A stretch of DNA of 64,000 nucleotides from Mobula birostris (GCF_030028105.1 NC_092380.1:29289144-29353143); one strand, 5' to 3'. Shown: positions 22,590 through 36,133, counted from the first letter of the stretch. Made by a program: numbers and translations. The notes: generated from the letters alone by a model not told the origin.

Positions 22590-25150
22590 GTCCTGCTCCT
22601 TCCCTACTGATGGAGAGAGGCAAACTGAGCCATCACAGATTGATGAAGAGCAGAAATGATCCATTCTGATACAGAGAATTTGATGTTGTGTCCTGATGCC
22701 TGAACTATGTCCAGTTAGAAGATGAAGTGTTCTTCCTCCAAATTGTGTTGGACCTCGCTGTAAAAGTGTGATATCAGAGGTCGCCATAAAAACAAAAATT
22801 ATCTTGATGAGATGTTGTCTTTCATGCATCGATGTCCTTTGCACACTTTCTATAGGACAGATAAAGCAAAGGATTTTGTGTATAGGTATCTGAAACACAA
22901 CGGCATGTCATTTCTGCTATGTCAGTTCACCAGCACTTGAATGCCACTGATCCATGAATGTGGAGGAGGAGATCCTTGAGAAGACGTCACACCAGTCGCA
23001 GCAAAGAGAACCAGAATACGTGTGCACTTCAGTGATCTGACCTGATAAATTGCTGTAGAGTTGGTAACAGTGAGATGTCATTCACTAGCTCTCATTTTGT
23101 ATGGGATTCACTAGGCTACTGCACCTGTAGAAACACCAGAGAGTTCACACTGGGGAGAGGCCATTCATCTATTCCAAGTGTGGGAAGGGATTCATTCAGT
23201 TACTCGAGTGAAAGAAACACCAGCCAGATCATGCAGGGGAGTAGCTATACACCCGTTCCGAATCTGGGAAGGGATTCATTCAGTAATACCACCTTGTGAT
23301 GCTTCAGGGACTTTGAAATAATTGAGGCCACATTTCTGTTCTGAGTCAGCAAAAAGATTTACACAATGATCTCACCAGCAACTTCAAATCGGGGAGGAAG
23401 TTCAAATAAGGTGTATGTTAACATTTGTGACCGTCACAGTGACTGAATCCAGTAGCAAGTTCCTGACCGGTTGTCGATGGCAGATTCTGCAGTTCTTGAG
23501 GCTGCTCATCACACCCAGTACTGAACCCTGGTCACTGACCATTGGAGGGGTTTTTTCCGTTGCTGTCAGCCTTAAATTAACCTGGTGTTTAATATTGTGG
23601 ACCAGTTCTGTTTCAAATCCTGTCTCTTAGGTGCTTCCTGTCTGTCATACACCCGATGTACAGTAGAGAGGCCAGTCAGTCCAGCTTGTCACTGTTTCTG
23701 TTTCTGTTCCATATTCCCTTTAAAAATCTATTCCTGCTGTTCATGTCATGGTCCGGTCCGTGAAGTCCGTATTCCGGTTCAGGGTACGGTCCATCGACCC
23801 TTCCACCAGGTTTTCCTGTCTACCCTGTTTCTGTTCTTGTTGAGCTCTAATTGAGGCAGCTGATGCTCATTGGGGCTGGCTGCATAAATACCTCCAGAGA
23901 CCAGGGCGTGGCTGCTGGATTGTTCTCGTCCTTACTCCTTGTATCCCTTCCTCTGCCTTCTGTTTCCTCACCTGAAGCCTTGCCTGGTCTTGCTGGTAAC
24001 TCTCGCCTTGCCTTCAGCCTGGTCCTGGACCCACACCGTACCTAGCTCCATTCCTGTCCCTTGCTTCCGCCGGGTAAGTCAGGCTGTCTTGCCATTACCC
24101 TGCAGCTGGTTCTGTCCCTTCCTGTCCCTCGCTTCAGTTGGGTAAGCCAGGCCATCTTGCCGTTACCTGCGGTTGGTTCTGACCCTTCCTGTCCCTTGCC
24201 TCCATCGCGTGGTGATCCGCGCCCTGCCCAGGAGTATCACGCCCTGCCCAGGAGTACTGGGCCCTGCCCAGGAGGAGCCTCCTGCCTCCTGCCAAGCCTC
24301 GCCTCAAGTCTATAGCCTCTAGCCTCCTGCCAAACCTCGCCTCAAGTCTCTGGCCTCTAGCCTCAAGCCTGAAGACTCCAGCCTCCTGCCTCCTGCCAAG
24401 CCTCACCTTGAGTCTTTAGCCTCTAGCCTCAAGCCTTTAGACTCCAGCCTCATCCTGCCTGCCAGCCAAGCCTCGTCCTTGCCTAGTTTTGGGGTCCGAG
24501 CCAGAGGCAAGACCTAGGTATTGGGTCCTTCTCCAGTCTTTGGCTCAGTGTCCAAGCCTGGGCTCCTAGCTCTCTTGTCCAGTCCTGTTCCGAGTTCCCG
24601 GTTTTGGTGTCCATGACCTTGCTGTCACCCTGTATCCTAGTCCTGTCCCTAGTACTTCAGTGTCTGTGTCTTGCACCCTTGTTCCCAATGACCCCCCCCA
24701 TTATGACAGTTCACCTCTCACCTCTGTGATGACGGGTCACTACTGGTCATTAACTCTGTGGGTGAAGAGGTTTCCCTTGAATTTCCTGCATGTTTTTCAC
24801 CAGAATGAATCAGATGATGAGCTCACTGGGGTTTTGACCCATACATTCAGGGCTCTCAGCCAAAGAAGAATATCATGGGTGGTTAAGCTCCTTTTCCCCT
24901 GCTTTTTTCAACATTGTGGGTCATTTTTACTGATTTCAAAGGGCTGTGCTTCACATGGCTGGGTTGTTTAAATATAGTACTCTCCACTAAATTATGAGAC
25001 CAGAATGGTAGGTAAATCTTCGATGCAGCAGGGTCAGAAACCAAAGAAGAGCCAGCATAAGTCAGGGCTTAGGAGCTCCAGAACAGGGTGGGGGCTAGAG
25101 TTTACAGGAAGGAGGAGGAGGGAATCAGACCAGGAGGATGTGGCTACAAA
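22590..25150 (+). pseudogene. Decayed paralogue of the downstream C2H2 zinc-finger gene
   Basis: 22605-22860 aligns by eye with 26680-26935; finger relics (CACACTGGGGAGAGGCCATTC..TGTGGGAAGGGATTC) at 23100-23400 with stops; 3' flank 24710-25130 resembles 28920-29340. Confidence 0.85.
23744..24708 (+). mobile_element. Solo LTR (965 bp), Gypsy type
   Basis: TGTCA...TGACA termini; 5-bp TSD GTTCA at 23739-23743 and 24709-24713; second copy at 57278-58377. Confidence 0.92.
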
Positions 25151-25599
25151 TAAAAGATCAACAACATTTGAAAACTGATTGACTGAAAAAAAATGTTTAT
25201 TCTTCAAATGCTGGAGGAATTCAGCTGGTCGGGCAGCATCTATAGAGAGGAATAAACTGTCGACATTTTGGGCCAAATCCTTTTTCTATTTATTCCTCAG
25301 CTTAGGTTGCTGCCTGACCTGCTGAGTTCCTCCAGCACTTCGTGTGTGTTGCTCTGTATTTGCAATATCTGTAGAGTCTGTTGTGTTTTATATCTGTATT
25401 TGTAAGTCTGAGGGATTTTGACAGTTGATACCCGAAATGCCTGTTGATGTTGAGTTTATTGTATGTAGGAGCTTGTTGAGTTAAAGTAGCTGCTCAATTT
25501 TCTTCATAAACACATTAACTGTTTTTGAGGCATAGTATGGGAACCGGTATTTGCCGACACTGTTAATGGCATCCTGTTTACCCAGAAACCTCTGACCCT

Positions 25600-26080
25600 T
25601 AGAACTCGCCGTCAGTGACCCAGCGATCAAATGCGCAGGCGTCAAGGTCGGGGCTGTTCCGGAATATCGCGCATGCGCTCCGTGGACAAAAGGCTCTGGG
25701 GCATCGGCTGCAGGTAGGAGTGAGGTTCCCGTGGAGATGCGTCGGTACCGGTGTTCGCACCGCGACTGAGGGATAATTGTTGCCAGCCTCGGACATACCG
25801 TGCACCGCAAACCCATGATATTCCCGGTCCTTTCCCCCTCTCAGCCCCACGTCCCGTACCCGGACGCCGGGGAGATTTCTGCTGATGAGCGAAGCTGCTG
25901 GCGCCATTTTGCAGCGCATCGCTGGGACTGTGACGGATAGATGGGTCTCTGCTTCGTGGGTGTTTCTGGGTAAAGAGGCAGCCATAGATGACACTGCCAC
26001 TGCTTTCCCGCCAGTCCGTAGTTTAGAAGCACAAGAGGATGGAACTCTCAGCCACTGCCGAGCTCCACCTCTCTAAATCG
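25600..26080 (+). promoter_or_regulatory. CpG-rich promoter candidate for the zinc-finger gene
   Basis: High CpG density in a CpG-depleted background; NRF1-type CGCGCATGCGC at 25668-25678; YY1-type CGCCATTTTG at 25902-25911; possible donor CAG|GTAGGA near 25713. Confidence 0.65.
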
Positions 26081-26239
26081 AAGTATTAGGAACTCAGAAC
26101 AACAATATAGTCCCGAGTTATTCTCGGATGAAGAGTCTACCTTTCAGTCAATGAAAATGTCAATGCGAAAAATAACCCCTTCATGAAAATGCATACGAAA
26201 AAAGAACAAATAATTGAGTTCTTGAAAACCTCACCTTTG

Positions 26240-26356
26240 TTCTACCTGTGAGAACTTTCTACCTGTGAGAACTTTCTACCTGTGAGAACTTTCTACCTGT
26301 GAGAACTTTCTACCTGTGAGAACTTTCTACCTGTGAGACTTTTCTACCTGTGAGAA
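26240..26356. repeat. 17-bp tandem repeat (TCTACCTGTGAGAACTT) x about 7
   Basis: Units start at 26241, 26258, 26275, 26292, 26309, 26326 and 26343. Confidence 0.97.
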
Positions 26357-27626
26357 TATGTCTTCTGCCGTTCTCTCTGGGTAGATAAAGTTATCAAATT
26401 TCACGACACATGCTGGTGATAATAAACCTGATTCTGATGCTGATGAAAAATCCTTTGTCCTGGGTAACAAGTGGCCTGTGGCTTTCACATCACAAAAATG
26501 CCACAATCCAATGAGGAAGGCTACTGCCCTCCCCTTCATATTAATTGGCATTGCCATTGATGACTTTACCACCATCAATCACCTGGGGTGTGTCAGAATC
26601 ATTGAAAGGTCTCCGGGATCAGCCATGTAAGATCATGAGCTCTTTGGAGCGCTGTAGGGCATGACCAGAACTTGAAATAATACTGATGGAGAGAGACAAT
26701 CTGAGCTAATCACAGATTGATTGTGGGCAGAAATGGTCCATTATGATCCACACAGAAAAATAGAGAATTTGATGATCAGTCCAGATGCCTGATCCGGGCC
26801 GAGTTAGGGAAGGAGTCATTCTCCTGACTTGGGTTGAACCTCGCTGTAACAGTGTGATGGCAGAGCTCATCATCGAGACAACAATGATCTCATCTGAAAT
26901 GCTGTCCTTCACCCATCGATGTCTTTTGTAAATCTTTTTACAGGTTAGAACCGGCAAAGAATTTGTGCACGGGAATCTCACGCACAACAACAGATATTTC
27001 CCTTGTAACACCGATATATCTGTTGTTGATCCTTGGAGATGAGGATGTAAACGTGCTTTGACTCTGAAATGAAGTTTTCTGTTGTAATTCAGTGAAATCT
27101 ACAAGAACCAGGTGCTGAGAGCACACCAGCAGAGATCAGGTCTTCAACTGCATCAGTTGTGTGAGGGATTCACTACGTGTGACATCTGACTTTATGAATT
27201 GATCGCAGGGAGATATCATTCTCCTTTTCTCAGTGTGGGGAGCAATTCTCACTCAGCCGACCCACAGATACACCAGTGAATTCACAATGGGGAGAGGCCA
27301 TTCACCTGCGCTGTGCTTGGGAGGGATCTAATCAGTCATCCAGCCTGAAGATACATCAGCACATTCATACCGTAGTGAGATGGTTCACCTCTTCTGTCTG
27401 TGGTAAACAATTCATTCTGTCATATAAGCTGAAGATCCTTCAGGATATTCACAGCTTTGACCTGCAGGCCGTTCACCTGCTCCATCTGTGGGAGAGGTTT
27501 GCTCGGTCATCTGAACTGCTGACACACAAGTGAGTCCAAACTCAAAAGAAGCTGTATATATGCTCTGAATATGTGAAGGGATTCCCTCAGTCATTCCATC
27601 TACAGAAACACCAGTCAGTTCGTATT

Positions 27627-28733
27627 ATGGAGATGCAGTTTTCCTGCTCCGAGTGTGGGAAGGGATTCACTCAGTTGTCTCAACTGAGAGTACACCAGCA
27701 AGTTCACACTGGGGAGAGACCATTCAACTGCTCAGACTGTGGAAAGGGATTCTCTCGGTCATCTCACCTCCTGGCACACCAGTCAATTCACACTGGGGAG
27801 AGGCCGTTCACCTGCTCTCAATGTGGGAAGGGATTCAGTCGATCATCTCACCTACTGGCACACCAGTCAGTTCACACTGGAGAGAGGCCGTTCATCTGCT
27901 GTGAATGTGGGAAAGGATTCACTCAGTTATCCCACCTGAAGACACACCAGCGAGTTCACACTGGGGAAACGCCTTTCACTTGTTCTGAATGTGGGAAGGG
28001 ATTTACTCGGTCATACCACCTACAGACACACCAGCGAGTCCATACGGGAGAGAAGCCATTCATCTGTTCCGTGTGTGGGAAGGGATTCAGTCACTCATCT
28101 CACCTACAGACACACCAGTCAGTTCACACTGGGGAGAGGCCGTTCATCTGCTCAGACTGTGGGAAGGGATTTCCTCGGTCATTTCAACTGAAGGTACACC
28201 AGCGAGTTCACACTGGGGAGAGGCCGTTCACCTGCTCAGACTGTGGGAAGGGATTCTCTCGGTCATCTCATCTACTGGCACACCAGTCAATTCACACTGG
28301 GGAGAAACTGTTCACGTGTTTAGACTGTGGGAAGGGATTCAGTCAGACATCTCAACTGAAGCTACATCAGCGAGTTCACACTGGGGAGAGGCCATTCACC
28401 TGCTCTGAATGTGGGAAGGGATTCACTCAGTCATCCCACCTTGTGGCTCACTACCGAGTGCACACTGGGGAGAGACCTTTCACCTGCTCTGAATGTGGGA
28501 AGGGATTCACTCAGTCATCCACCCTCGAGGTGCACTACCGAGTTCACACTGGTGAAAGGCCGTTCACCTGCTCTGAATGTGGGAAGGGATTCTCTCAGTC
28601 ATCTACCCTTGTGGCACACTACCGACTTCACACTGGGGAGAGACCGTTCACCTGCTCTGAATGTGGGAAGAGATTCACTCAGTCATGCAACCTTGTGGCG
28701 CACTACCGAGTTCACACTGGGGAAAAAGTTTAA
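27627..28733 (+). CDS. C2H2 zinc-finger protein with 13 tandem fingers and no KRAB/SCAN domain seen
   Basis: 13 intact F-x-C-x2-C-GK-x-F-x5-L-x2-H-x3-H units with TGERP-type linkers. The ORF track start at 27573 is GTG; the first in-frame ATG is 27627. Broken fingers lie upstream. Confidence 0.9.
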   Translation: MEMQFSCSECGKGFTQLSQLRVHQQVHTGERPFNCSDCGKGFSRSSHLLAHQSIHTGERPFTCSQCGKGFSRSSHLLAHQSVHTGERPFICCECGKGFTQLSHLKTHQRVHTGETPFTCSECGKGFTRSYHLQTHQRVHTGEKPFICSVCGKGFSHSSHLQTHQSVHTGERPFICSDCGKGFPRSFQLKVHQRVHTGERPFTCSDCGKGFSRSSHLLAHQSIHTGEKLFTCLDCGKGFSQTSQLKLHQRVHTGERPFTCSECGKGFTQSSHLVAHYRVHTGERPFTCSECGKGFTQSSTLEVHYRVHTGERPFTCSECGKGFSQSSTLVAHYRLHTGERPFTCSECGKRFTQSCNLVAHYRVHTGEKV

Positions 28734-30929
28734 CTAAGCTGCATGCTGGATATGTTCACCTTGAATGGGACTACAGTTTAATCTGGATCTGAGACAAGTA
28801 CAGCAGTTCTATTTCAAACTCTTGTCTCAGGTACCTAGTGATCACCCTCTGTAGAGTAAGGAGTCAACTCTGCCAGTGTTTCTATTCCATGACAGTCATT
28901 TTAAATCCATCCCTGCTGTACACCTCTTGTTCTCCCTGTGATGATGGGTTCCAAACAGTCACCACTCTGTGGGTGAAGGAGTTTCCCTTGAAATTCCTGC
29001 AAAATTTCCTGCTGACCGAAGAAGACAAGCTGACTGCAGTTGTGTCTGATGTGTTCTTCGTCTTTCAAATCTCTGGGCTGCGGGAGAATGACATTGGTAG
29101 TTAACCTCCTCATTCCCTGCTTATTTCAATGTTATGGGTTATTTTCACTGCTCTAGAGCTGTGTCTCACACAGCTGGGTTGTTAGAATACAGTACTGTCC
29201 TCTAAATTCTGAAAGCAGAATGCAGAACCATATGTTGGATGTTCAGCGGAGCAGCATCAGAAACCAGAGGCAGGTCAGCACGGGGCAGGGATTGGGGCTC
29301 TGGACAGTGGTAGAGGTAGGAGCATGTGATGAGGAGCTGTGGTGGGGGGGGGGGGAATGTGACAGTGATTGAGTAGCAACATTTGGAAGCTGATTGGCAG
29401 AAAAAATTATGTTGACTTTGACTGCTGAGCCACATACAATTCCTGCTGACATCGAGTATATTGCCTGAGATCTTGCTGTGTTAAACTGGCTACTAAGTGC
29501 TCTCTTCATATTGATTGAGTTGGTGCCATTTGGTAGAGAGAAAGTAATGCTTGTAAACACTTTCAATGGCACCATTCTTACCCAGAAACCTCTGAGCTTC
29601 AGAATATGCTATCACTGTGAATTGAGCACACAGGTGCTGAGAGTCTGTTGGATCCAACTATCTAATTTTAATTGTCATTTTCTTTGCAGTTTAACAATTA
29701 ATTATCTGCTTATATTTTAAGCTGCCTTTATATGCACAACAGTTTAATATGCCTCTCCTGGCTACACAAAGTATAGTTCTGAAGCTTCTTTATACTTTAT
29801 TGAGTAAGTGTTTCCTTGTTGGTTAATTTTTACTGCGGTATTAACTAAGTGATTTCTAACTGGTTTATTATTATCTATAGATTTAAATGGAGTTTTCCTT
29901 ACCTCTGGGTGTAAAAGTAGCTGTTTTATGCTAGACACCATCTTTAGTTTCTCTCTGTTCTTCAAGCAGTGGACCACTGTCACTGTTCTGTTCCTGTTTT
30001 ATCAATTTTGAATAAAACAATTGTGAAGCAATTGATTTTATGATTCATGCCTGACTTTTAAAAGAACCTTGGATGTAAACACCACTATCTGTCAGGTGTC
30101 AGAGACTATGAACTCAGTATTCCAGGATACTCGATGCTCAGCAGAAGAGAGGAGGAGGAGGAGGAGAAAAGGGATTGAACAACACGAGGAAAAACTAAAG
30201 CAAACATCACATGATCTCAATGATCTGCAGCCGAAGGTTTGGAGACAAAGTGGAGACATTAGTTGAAGTTTGTCAAAAATCATTCTGTTCCAGGAAGATC
30301 TCAGTGGAGTGGAAAACCTCAAATATGACTGTATTGTTGAAGAAGGGTGGAGGAAAAAAAGAAGGTAGCTGTAGTACTGTTAACTTCCTTCTGTTGTTGG
30401 CAAAATGCTGGAATCTAATATATGAAATCATTTAGAAAACTAACATCATCAAATGGGGTCTACGTGTTTTAAAGTCGAATTCACACAGCAGGAAAACAAG
30501 CTCTTCAGCTCAAATGGTCTACAGTGACTAAGGCTCCCGTCAGCTTGTCCTATTTCCCAGCATATGGCCTATATCCTTCAAAACCTTTCCTTTCCATCTA
30601 TCTGTCCAAGTACATTCTTAATGTTAATATATCTGTCTCAGCCAATTCTACTGGCAGATCATTCCATACACTGACCACCCTCTGGGTGGAAAAGTTGCCC
30701 TTCAGGTTCCTATTAAATCTCTCCCCTCTCATCAGAAACTGATGCCCTCCAGTTCTTCATTTCCCAACCCTGGCATAAAGGCTGTGCTCTTGGACCCCAT
30801 CTCAGCCCCTCATAATTTTGTACATCTCTATAATATCACCATGCATTCTCTGACATTCCCAGGAAAATTGTCGAACCTGCTGAGCCTGTCTCCATAAATT
30901 ACTCCTTCAGGACACGTCAACATCCTCAA

Positions 30930-31870
30930 AAGCAACACACACAAAATGCTGGGAAATTCATCAGCTCACACAACGTCTATAGAAATGAATAAGCAGTTGA
31001 CATTTTGGGCCAAAACCCTTCAGATCTGAAAAGGAAGCAGGAAGATGCCAGAATAAAAAGGTGGAAGGAGGGGAAGAAGGTTGGCTGGAAGGTGATGGGT
31101 AAAACCTGGTGGGTGGGAAAGGTAAAGGGATGGAGAAGAAGGCTCCTGATAGGAGAGGAGAGAGGACTATAGAGGAAAGAGAAGGAGGAGGGGATCCAGA
31201 GGGAAGTGATAGGAGAGAGGAGGTAAAAGGCCAGAGTGGGGATTAGAGGAAGAGGGGAGGGGTAGGGATAAATATTTTTAGTGGAAGGAGAAATTGATGT
31301 TCATGCCATCAGGTTGGAGGCTACCCAGATGGAATATGAGATGTTGCTCCTCCACCCCAAGGGAGGCCTCAACTGAGCAAAAGAGGAGGCTGTGGACCAA
31401 CATGATAGAATGGGAATCAGAATTAAACTGTTTTTGGCTACCGGGAAGTTGCACTTGTGGCTTGATGAAGTGGTCTCCCAATTTACAATAGGTCTCACTA
31501 ATGTAGAGGAGGCTGCATTGGGAGCACCGGACGCAATATCAACGACTCCCGCAGATTCACAGGTGAAATGTTGCCTCACCTGGAAGAACTGCTAGGGGCC
31601 CTCAGTGGAGGTGAGGGAGGAGATGAATGGGCAGGTTTAACACTAAGGCTGCTTGCAGGGGTAAGTGCCTGGAGGGAGATTAGTGAGGAGGAATGAATGG
31701 ACAAGGGAATGGCAGAGGGGACGATCCTTGCAGAATGCATAGGAGTTGGGGAGGAAAGTAAAGATATATTCAGTGGTTGGATCCTTTTGGAGGTGGCGGA
31801 AGTTGCAGCAGATGATACAGGTTGGATGCAAAGGCTAATGAGTGGTAGGTAAGGATAAGAGGATCCACAT
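30930..31870 (-). mobile_element. Penelope-like element 3' part (GIY-YIG and terminal repeat)
   Basis: RQHFTCESAGVV, EEQHLIFHLGSLQPDGMNINFS; sits inside a minus-strand CR1 fragment (about 30470-31990). Confidence 0.85.
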
Positions 31871-32384
31871 GGATCTCAGAAAATTTTCAATGTCCTCACA
31901 ATCTCTTCTAATCTCATTGCCGCTTAATGGTGCCTGTCCTACAGCAGGGTGGCCAAAACTAACACCATACTCCAAACACTATATTCCATCTAAGAAACGA
32001 TGATACTAATGTCAGATGCTGTTTCTTCAATAGGTACATTTAGTGTCAGAGAAATGTATACAATATATATCCTGAAATTGTTGTTCTTTGCAAACATCCA
32101 TGAAAACAGAGGGGTGCCCCAAAGAATGAATGACAGTGGAGTGTAGGAGCAAAGGTTAAAGTTCAGAAAAGGATACCCATTTAGAACAGAGATGAAGAGG
32201 AATTTCTGTAACCAGAGGGTGGTGAATCTGAAATTCATTGCAACAGACAGCTATCAAGACCAGGTCATTAGGTATATTTCAGCAGAGAATGGTAGAGCCC
32301 TAGCAATTTCTACTGTTGTTAACTACCATTTCCAAGGGAAGTGCTCACTAACCTCCAGGTAAAGAACAAATGCAACTCTACCCA

Positions 32385-33400
32385 TAAGAACATAAGCCAT
32401 AGGAGCACAAGTGGGCCATTTGGCCCAGCAAATTTGTTCTGCCATGCATCATGACTGATTTATTATCCTTCTCACCCCCATCTCCCACCTTCTACCCTGA
32501 ACTTTTCACACCTTTTGACAAGAAGCCATCAAGCTCTGCTTTAAGTAGGCCCAATGACTTGAAGTCATACTAATTGGCCTATAATATCCTTTCTCCTGCC
32601 TCTCTCCTTTCTTAAAGTGTGGAGTAACATTTGCAGTTCTCCCAAATTATTCCAGAACCTAGTGAGACTTGAAAGATCTCTACTAATGCTTCCACAATTT
32701 CTTCAGCTCCTTCTTTCAGATTCTGTGCTGTAGTTCATCTGGTCCAGGTGTCTTTCCTTCAGACCATTCAGCTTCTCAAACATCATTTCCTTAGTATTCG
32801 GAACTACACTCACTTCTCCCCCTGACAGACTAAAAATTCTGGCATTCTGCATGTATCTTTGACAGTGATGCAAAATACTCATTAAATTTGTCTACCATTT
32901 CTTTTTTCTCCATCTTGCCTCTCCAATGTAATTTTCTAGGTGCTTGATATCCATTCTCACCTCTCTTTCAATCTTTATGCATCTAAAAATACTTTTGATA
33001 TCCTCTTTGATATTACTTGCATATTTCATCTCTTCTTTCCTTAGGACTTTTTTTTAAGTTCCCTTCTGTTGGTTATTAAAAACTTCCCAATCCTTTAACT
33101 TCCCACAAACTTTTGCGAGATTATATGCCCTTTGTTTTGCTTTTATATTGTCTTTGACCACACGTGTCAGACATGGTTGCCCCATCCTCCTATTAGAATC
33201 CCTCTATCTATGGGATACCTCTATCTTTTCTGTGCCTTCTGAAGATTCCAGCCATTGCTATCCCTGCTAGTGTCACCTTTCAATCAACTTTGGCCAGCTC
33301 CTCTCTCTCTCATGCCTCAGTAGTTCCCTTTACTCCACTATATATCTCACATGAAATTCTCCTCTCAAGCTATCCACATCAGTATACATCGTTAACTCTT
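32385..33400 (-). mobile_element. Degenerate CR1 ORF2 and 3' fragments
   Basis: CATAAGAACATAAG tail and CR1-like antisense ORF2 sequence similar to 52960-53760. Confidence 0.7.
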
Positions 33401-33459
33401 CAAATTGTTTCAATCAAATAGATGCGATGGGATTTTAAGGAACAAAGTCCTGTAAACTG

Positions 33460-34560
33460 TTCTTCCTCCTCTTGTGACGTTTATTGGTGGTTGGCAGACC
33501 AACATAAGGTGCATTACTGCCACCTACTGAGGTGGAGTGTGGAGCAAAGAGGAAGTATACCCACCAAGTTCCACCCCTCCCAAAAAAACCTCAATTAATA
33601 TCAAAAACTCAAATGGTTTTTTGATACATGATGTACATTATGATGGCAGTGATATCCTATCAAACTTTCCATGTTAAACTGTCTGCCCCAAAGATCTCAA
33701 TTTAGCAATTATATGTTTCCTTTACACCTATAGGAACTGCATTTAAACAATTTATGTTGCATCGTTTCTTGACAAGTCTGCTCCCAACAAACGCACGTAT
33801 CCTGCGTATTAATTCTGAACAAAGAATTATTCAAACTAGTATGTTCAATAGATAAATGTGTAAGTATAAATTCTTCCCTCCTTTTATACCCATCTCCCAA
33901 GTAAGTTCTTACCATCCTCTGAGTTTCACATAAAGACTGTCCTTTCTTTTCATCAGGGTTTCCACAGTGATCATATTGACTTTTTTTAATCATGGCTTTC
34001 ATCTCCCCTTTATGCAAAGGCACCGTTACATTTATAGCCTTAAATGTAAGTGGTTGCTTGGTTCCTTCAACTCCAACATGAGCAGGGACCCATAAGAAAT
34101 ATATACACAGGCCTAGACACTGCAGCCTGAACAAATGTTGTCCAATCTCAATAATAATATCTGGCCTACAATTCAAAATACTTGTTTATGTAGATGTCAA
34201 AACCGAGAACGAATTAAAGCACAAAATCGGGACGTACTTCGCCCCATTGCGAGGGTAAAATGATAGCAAACTTCTCAGACGTGATTCTCTACGTGGAACT
34301 TGCTGTGCCGCCGATATACTATCATTATTCATCTTGATCTTTTCTTGACGGGTGAAATTAACCACAGGCAAAGGGAAAAACCATACAGGTGTGACAAAGG
34401 GGACCATATTCCACATTAAACAACCCGAGATTTTGCGCCCATTCAGTTTCCATCCACCCAAAACTGAAGATCTTACCAATGAAGTGTCCTAACACTCCAC
34501 TAATGTCGCCAATATTGGATAACCAGCTTTTTGTCATCTCACGTTAACCTAATAAACCAT
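33460..34560 (-). mobile_element. RNase H-bearing LINE of the I/Nimb clade, 3' part
   Basis: FLWVPAHVGVEG RNase H motif; C-terminal L...HT.LN..LF.I...C..C.ET..H.L..C knuckle; 3' end GTAGGTGGCAGTAATGCACC...AATAAA. Confidence 0.8.
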
Positions 34561-34619
34561 TGCAGAGTCCTGGTAACTGTAAGTTTTCACACAGCCAGGG
34601 CTGTGTTATGTCCTTTACG

Positions 34620-34730
34620 TTGTCCAATCAAAGCGTTAGGTGGGAATCTTAATTTTCATTCGTCCAATGAGAACCTAATTATCCCGATTCCTCCTTTGCA
34701 TAGGGCGGGGGCACACGGCTTATTTAATTG
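34620..34730 (+). promoter_or_regulatory. H2B promoter
   Basis: CCAAT at 34624 and 34664; octamer variant CTTTGCAT at 34694-34701; GC box at 34703-34710; TATA-like TTATTTAA at 34720-34727. Confidence 0.75.
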
Positions 34731-34779
34731 GAAGTCCAATGGCTTTTGGTTATTTTTGGGTCGGTAACTGACTGAAAAA

Positions 34780-35145
34780 ATGCCTGATCAGCCCAAAGCT
34801 CCCAAGAAAGGCGCCAAGAAAGCCGTGTCCAAAGCCAAGGGCACCAAGAAGCGCAGGAGGTCGAGGAGGGAGACCTACTCCATCTATGTCTACAAGGTGA
34901 TGAAGCAGGTTCACCCCGACACCGGCATCTCCTCCAAGGCCATGAGCATCATGAACTCGTTCGTGAACGATATTTTCGAGCGCATCGCGGGCGAGGCTTC
35001 CCGCCTGGCCCATTACAACAAGCGGTCGANNNNNNNNNNNNNNNNNNNNNNNNNNNNNNNNNNNNNNNNNNNNNNNNNNNNNNNNNNNNNNNNNNNNNNN
35101 NNNNNNNNNNNNNNNNNNNNNNNNNNNNNNNNNNNNNNNNNNNNN
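34780..35145 (+). CDS. H2B: Histone H2B (C-terminal part hidden in the N gap; end coordinate inferred)
   Basis: [18 protein letters not shown]...[48 protein letters not shown]; the 38 missing canonical residues plus stop would end at 35145, inside the gap. Confidence 0.93.
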
Positions 35146-35160
35146 NNNNNNNNNNNNNNN
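35030..35160. other. Sequence gap or masked run (131 N)
   Basis: Run of n characters. Confidence 1.
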
Positions 35161-35182
35161 TGTCTAAACAAACGAAAACAAC

Positions 35183-35198
35183 GGTTCTTTTAAGAGCC
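35183..35198 (+). terminator. Histone 3' stem-loop (H2B)
   Basis: GGTTCTTTTAAGAGCC followed by ACCCA and purine-rich GGAAGAG downstream element. Confidence 0.9.
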
Positions 35199-36133
35199 AC
35201 CCACAGTTTCCACGGAAGAGTTATATTAATGCTTCGTCATTCGACGGCAACGAACTTGTCTTAGGAGGTTTTTACTGTCAGAGATGATTTTATTTCTGTG
35301 TATGAAAAGTAAATTTTCCACTGCTCCGTAGAATCCCGGTGTCATAATCCCAGCTCACGGCCATTTTGCCCTCTCACTTCCGTCTTTTTTATTCGCCATT
35401 TTGTGTCTCACTTACACAAAGTTTTACAGCCAGTTAAGGTAAAGATCTTTGCTGTCGTTGATATTTAATTGTTTTGAATGCGATATATTAACTGTAGTAC
35501 TCCTCTTTACAAAAGCCCTGAATCGGATTTCAACTCGAGATGACAATAGTTTCACTCATGGTCCTTTCACAGAACAACTAACACTACGGTGTCTGCTTCG
35601 ACTGCAGTTGTGGCTCATCTATAATCGGATGCGTTATACATAGAACACTGACCCTACCGCGTTCTGTGAATCGGCGTTTATTCCCATCGGAAATCAGTGA
35701 AAATTAAATCAAATAATCGCCCGTGTGAGGAATTCACACACGGTCTTTATTATAAATGAAGGGGGAACCTTAGGACTGTGAAATCCTGTTTACAAGTCTG
35801 CAGTTGTTAGAACTAATGGATAAAATTATAATCTTGGCGGGTTTTTCATATTCTGGGGACTGAGGTTAGTCTGGAGTATGTCACCTGTTCATTAGACAGT
35901 CGGTCCGCTCGTTAGATTTACCGCTCTGGGAAGCACAGGGGCGAACGCGAGAGAATATCCTCAGTTCTGGTAAAATACGGGAGGATAAAGGAACTCAGAA
36001 CTGGGAGGGAGTCCGGGCACAGAGAGAAGTTGGTTTATTTCAGGTAAGAGTCAAGATGTGGCTGGAGAGACTTGTCTGCTCCATCTACTCTGAACGAACT
36101 CCCCAGCTCAGCCCTTCCACAGACACTGTGAGT

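Noticed and set aside
27653-28737. Alternative-frame ORFs over the ZNF exon
   Set aside because: Usual out-of-frame shadows of C2H2 arrays.
29745-30085. Possible additional LTR fragment with AATAAA
   Set aside because: Termini and TSD could not be defined.
34780-35193. H2B with C-terminal extension CLNKRKQRFF
   Set aside because: Artefact of reading through the N gap; the canonical stop fits inside the gap.
35825-35915. H4 promoter relic (CGGTCCGC, HINFP-like) between H2B and H2A
   Set aside because: Short motif only; no H4 coding or stem-loop remnant is visible.
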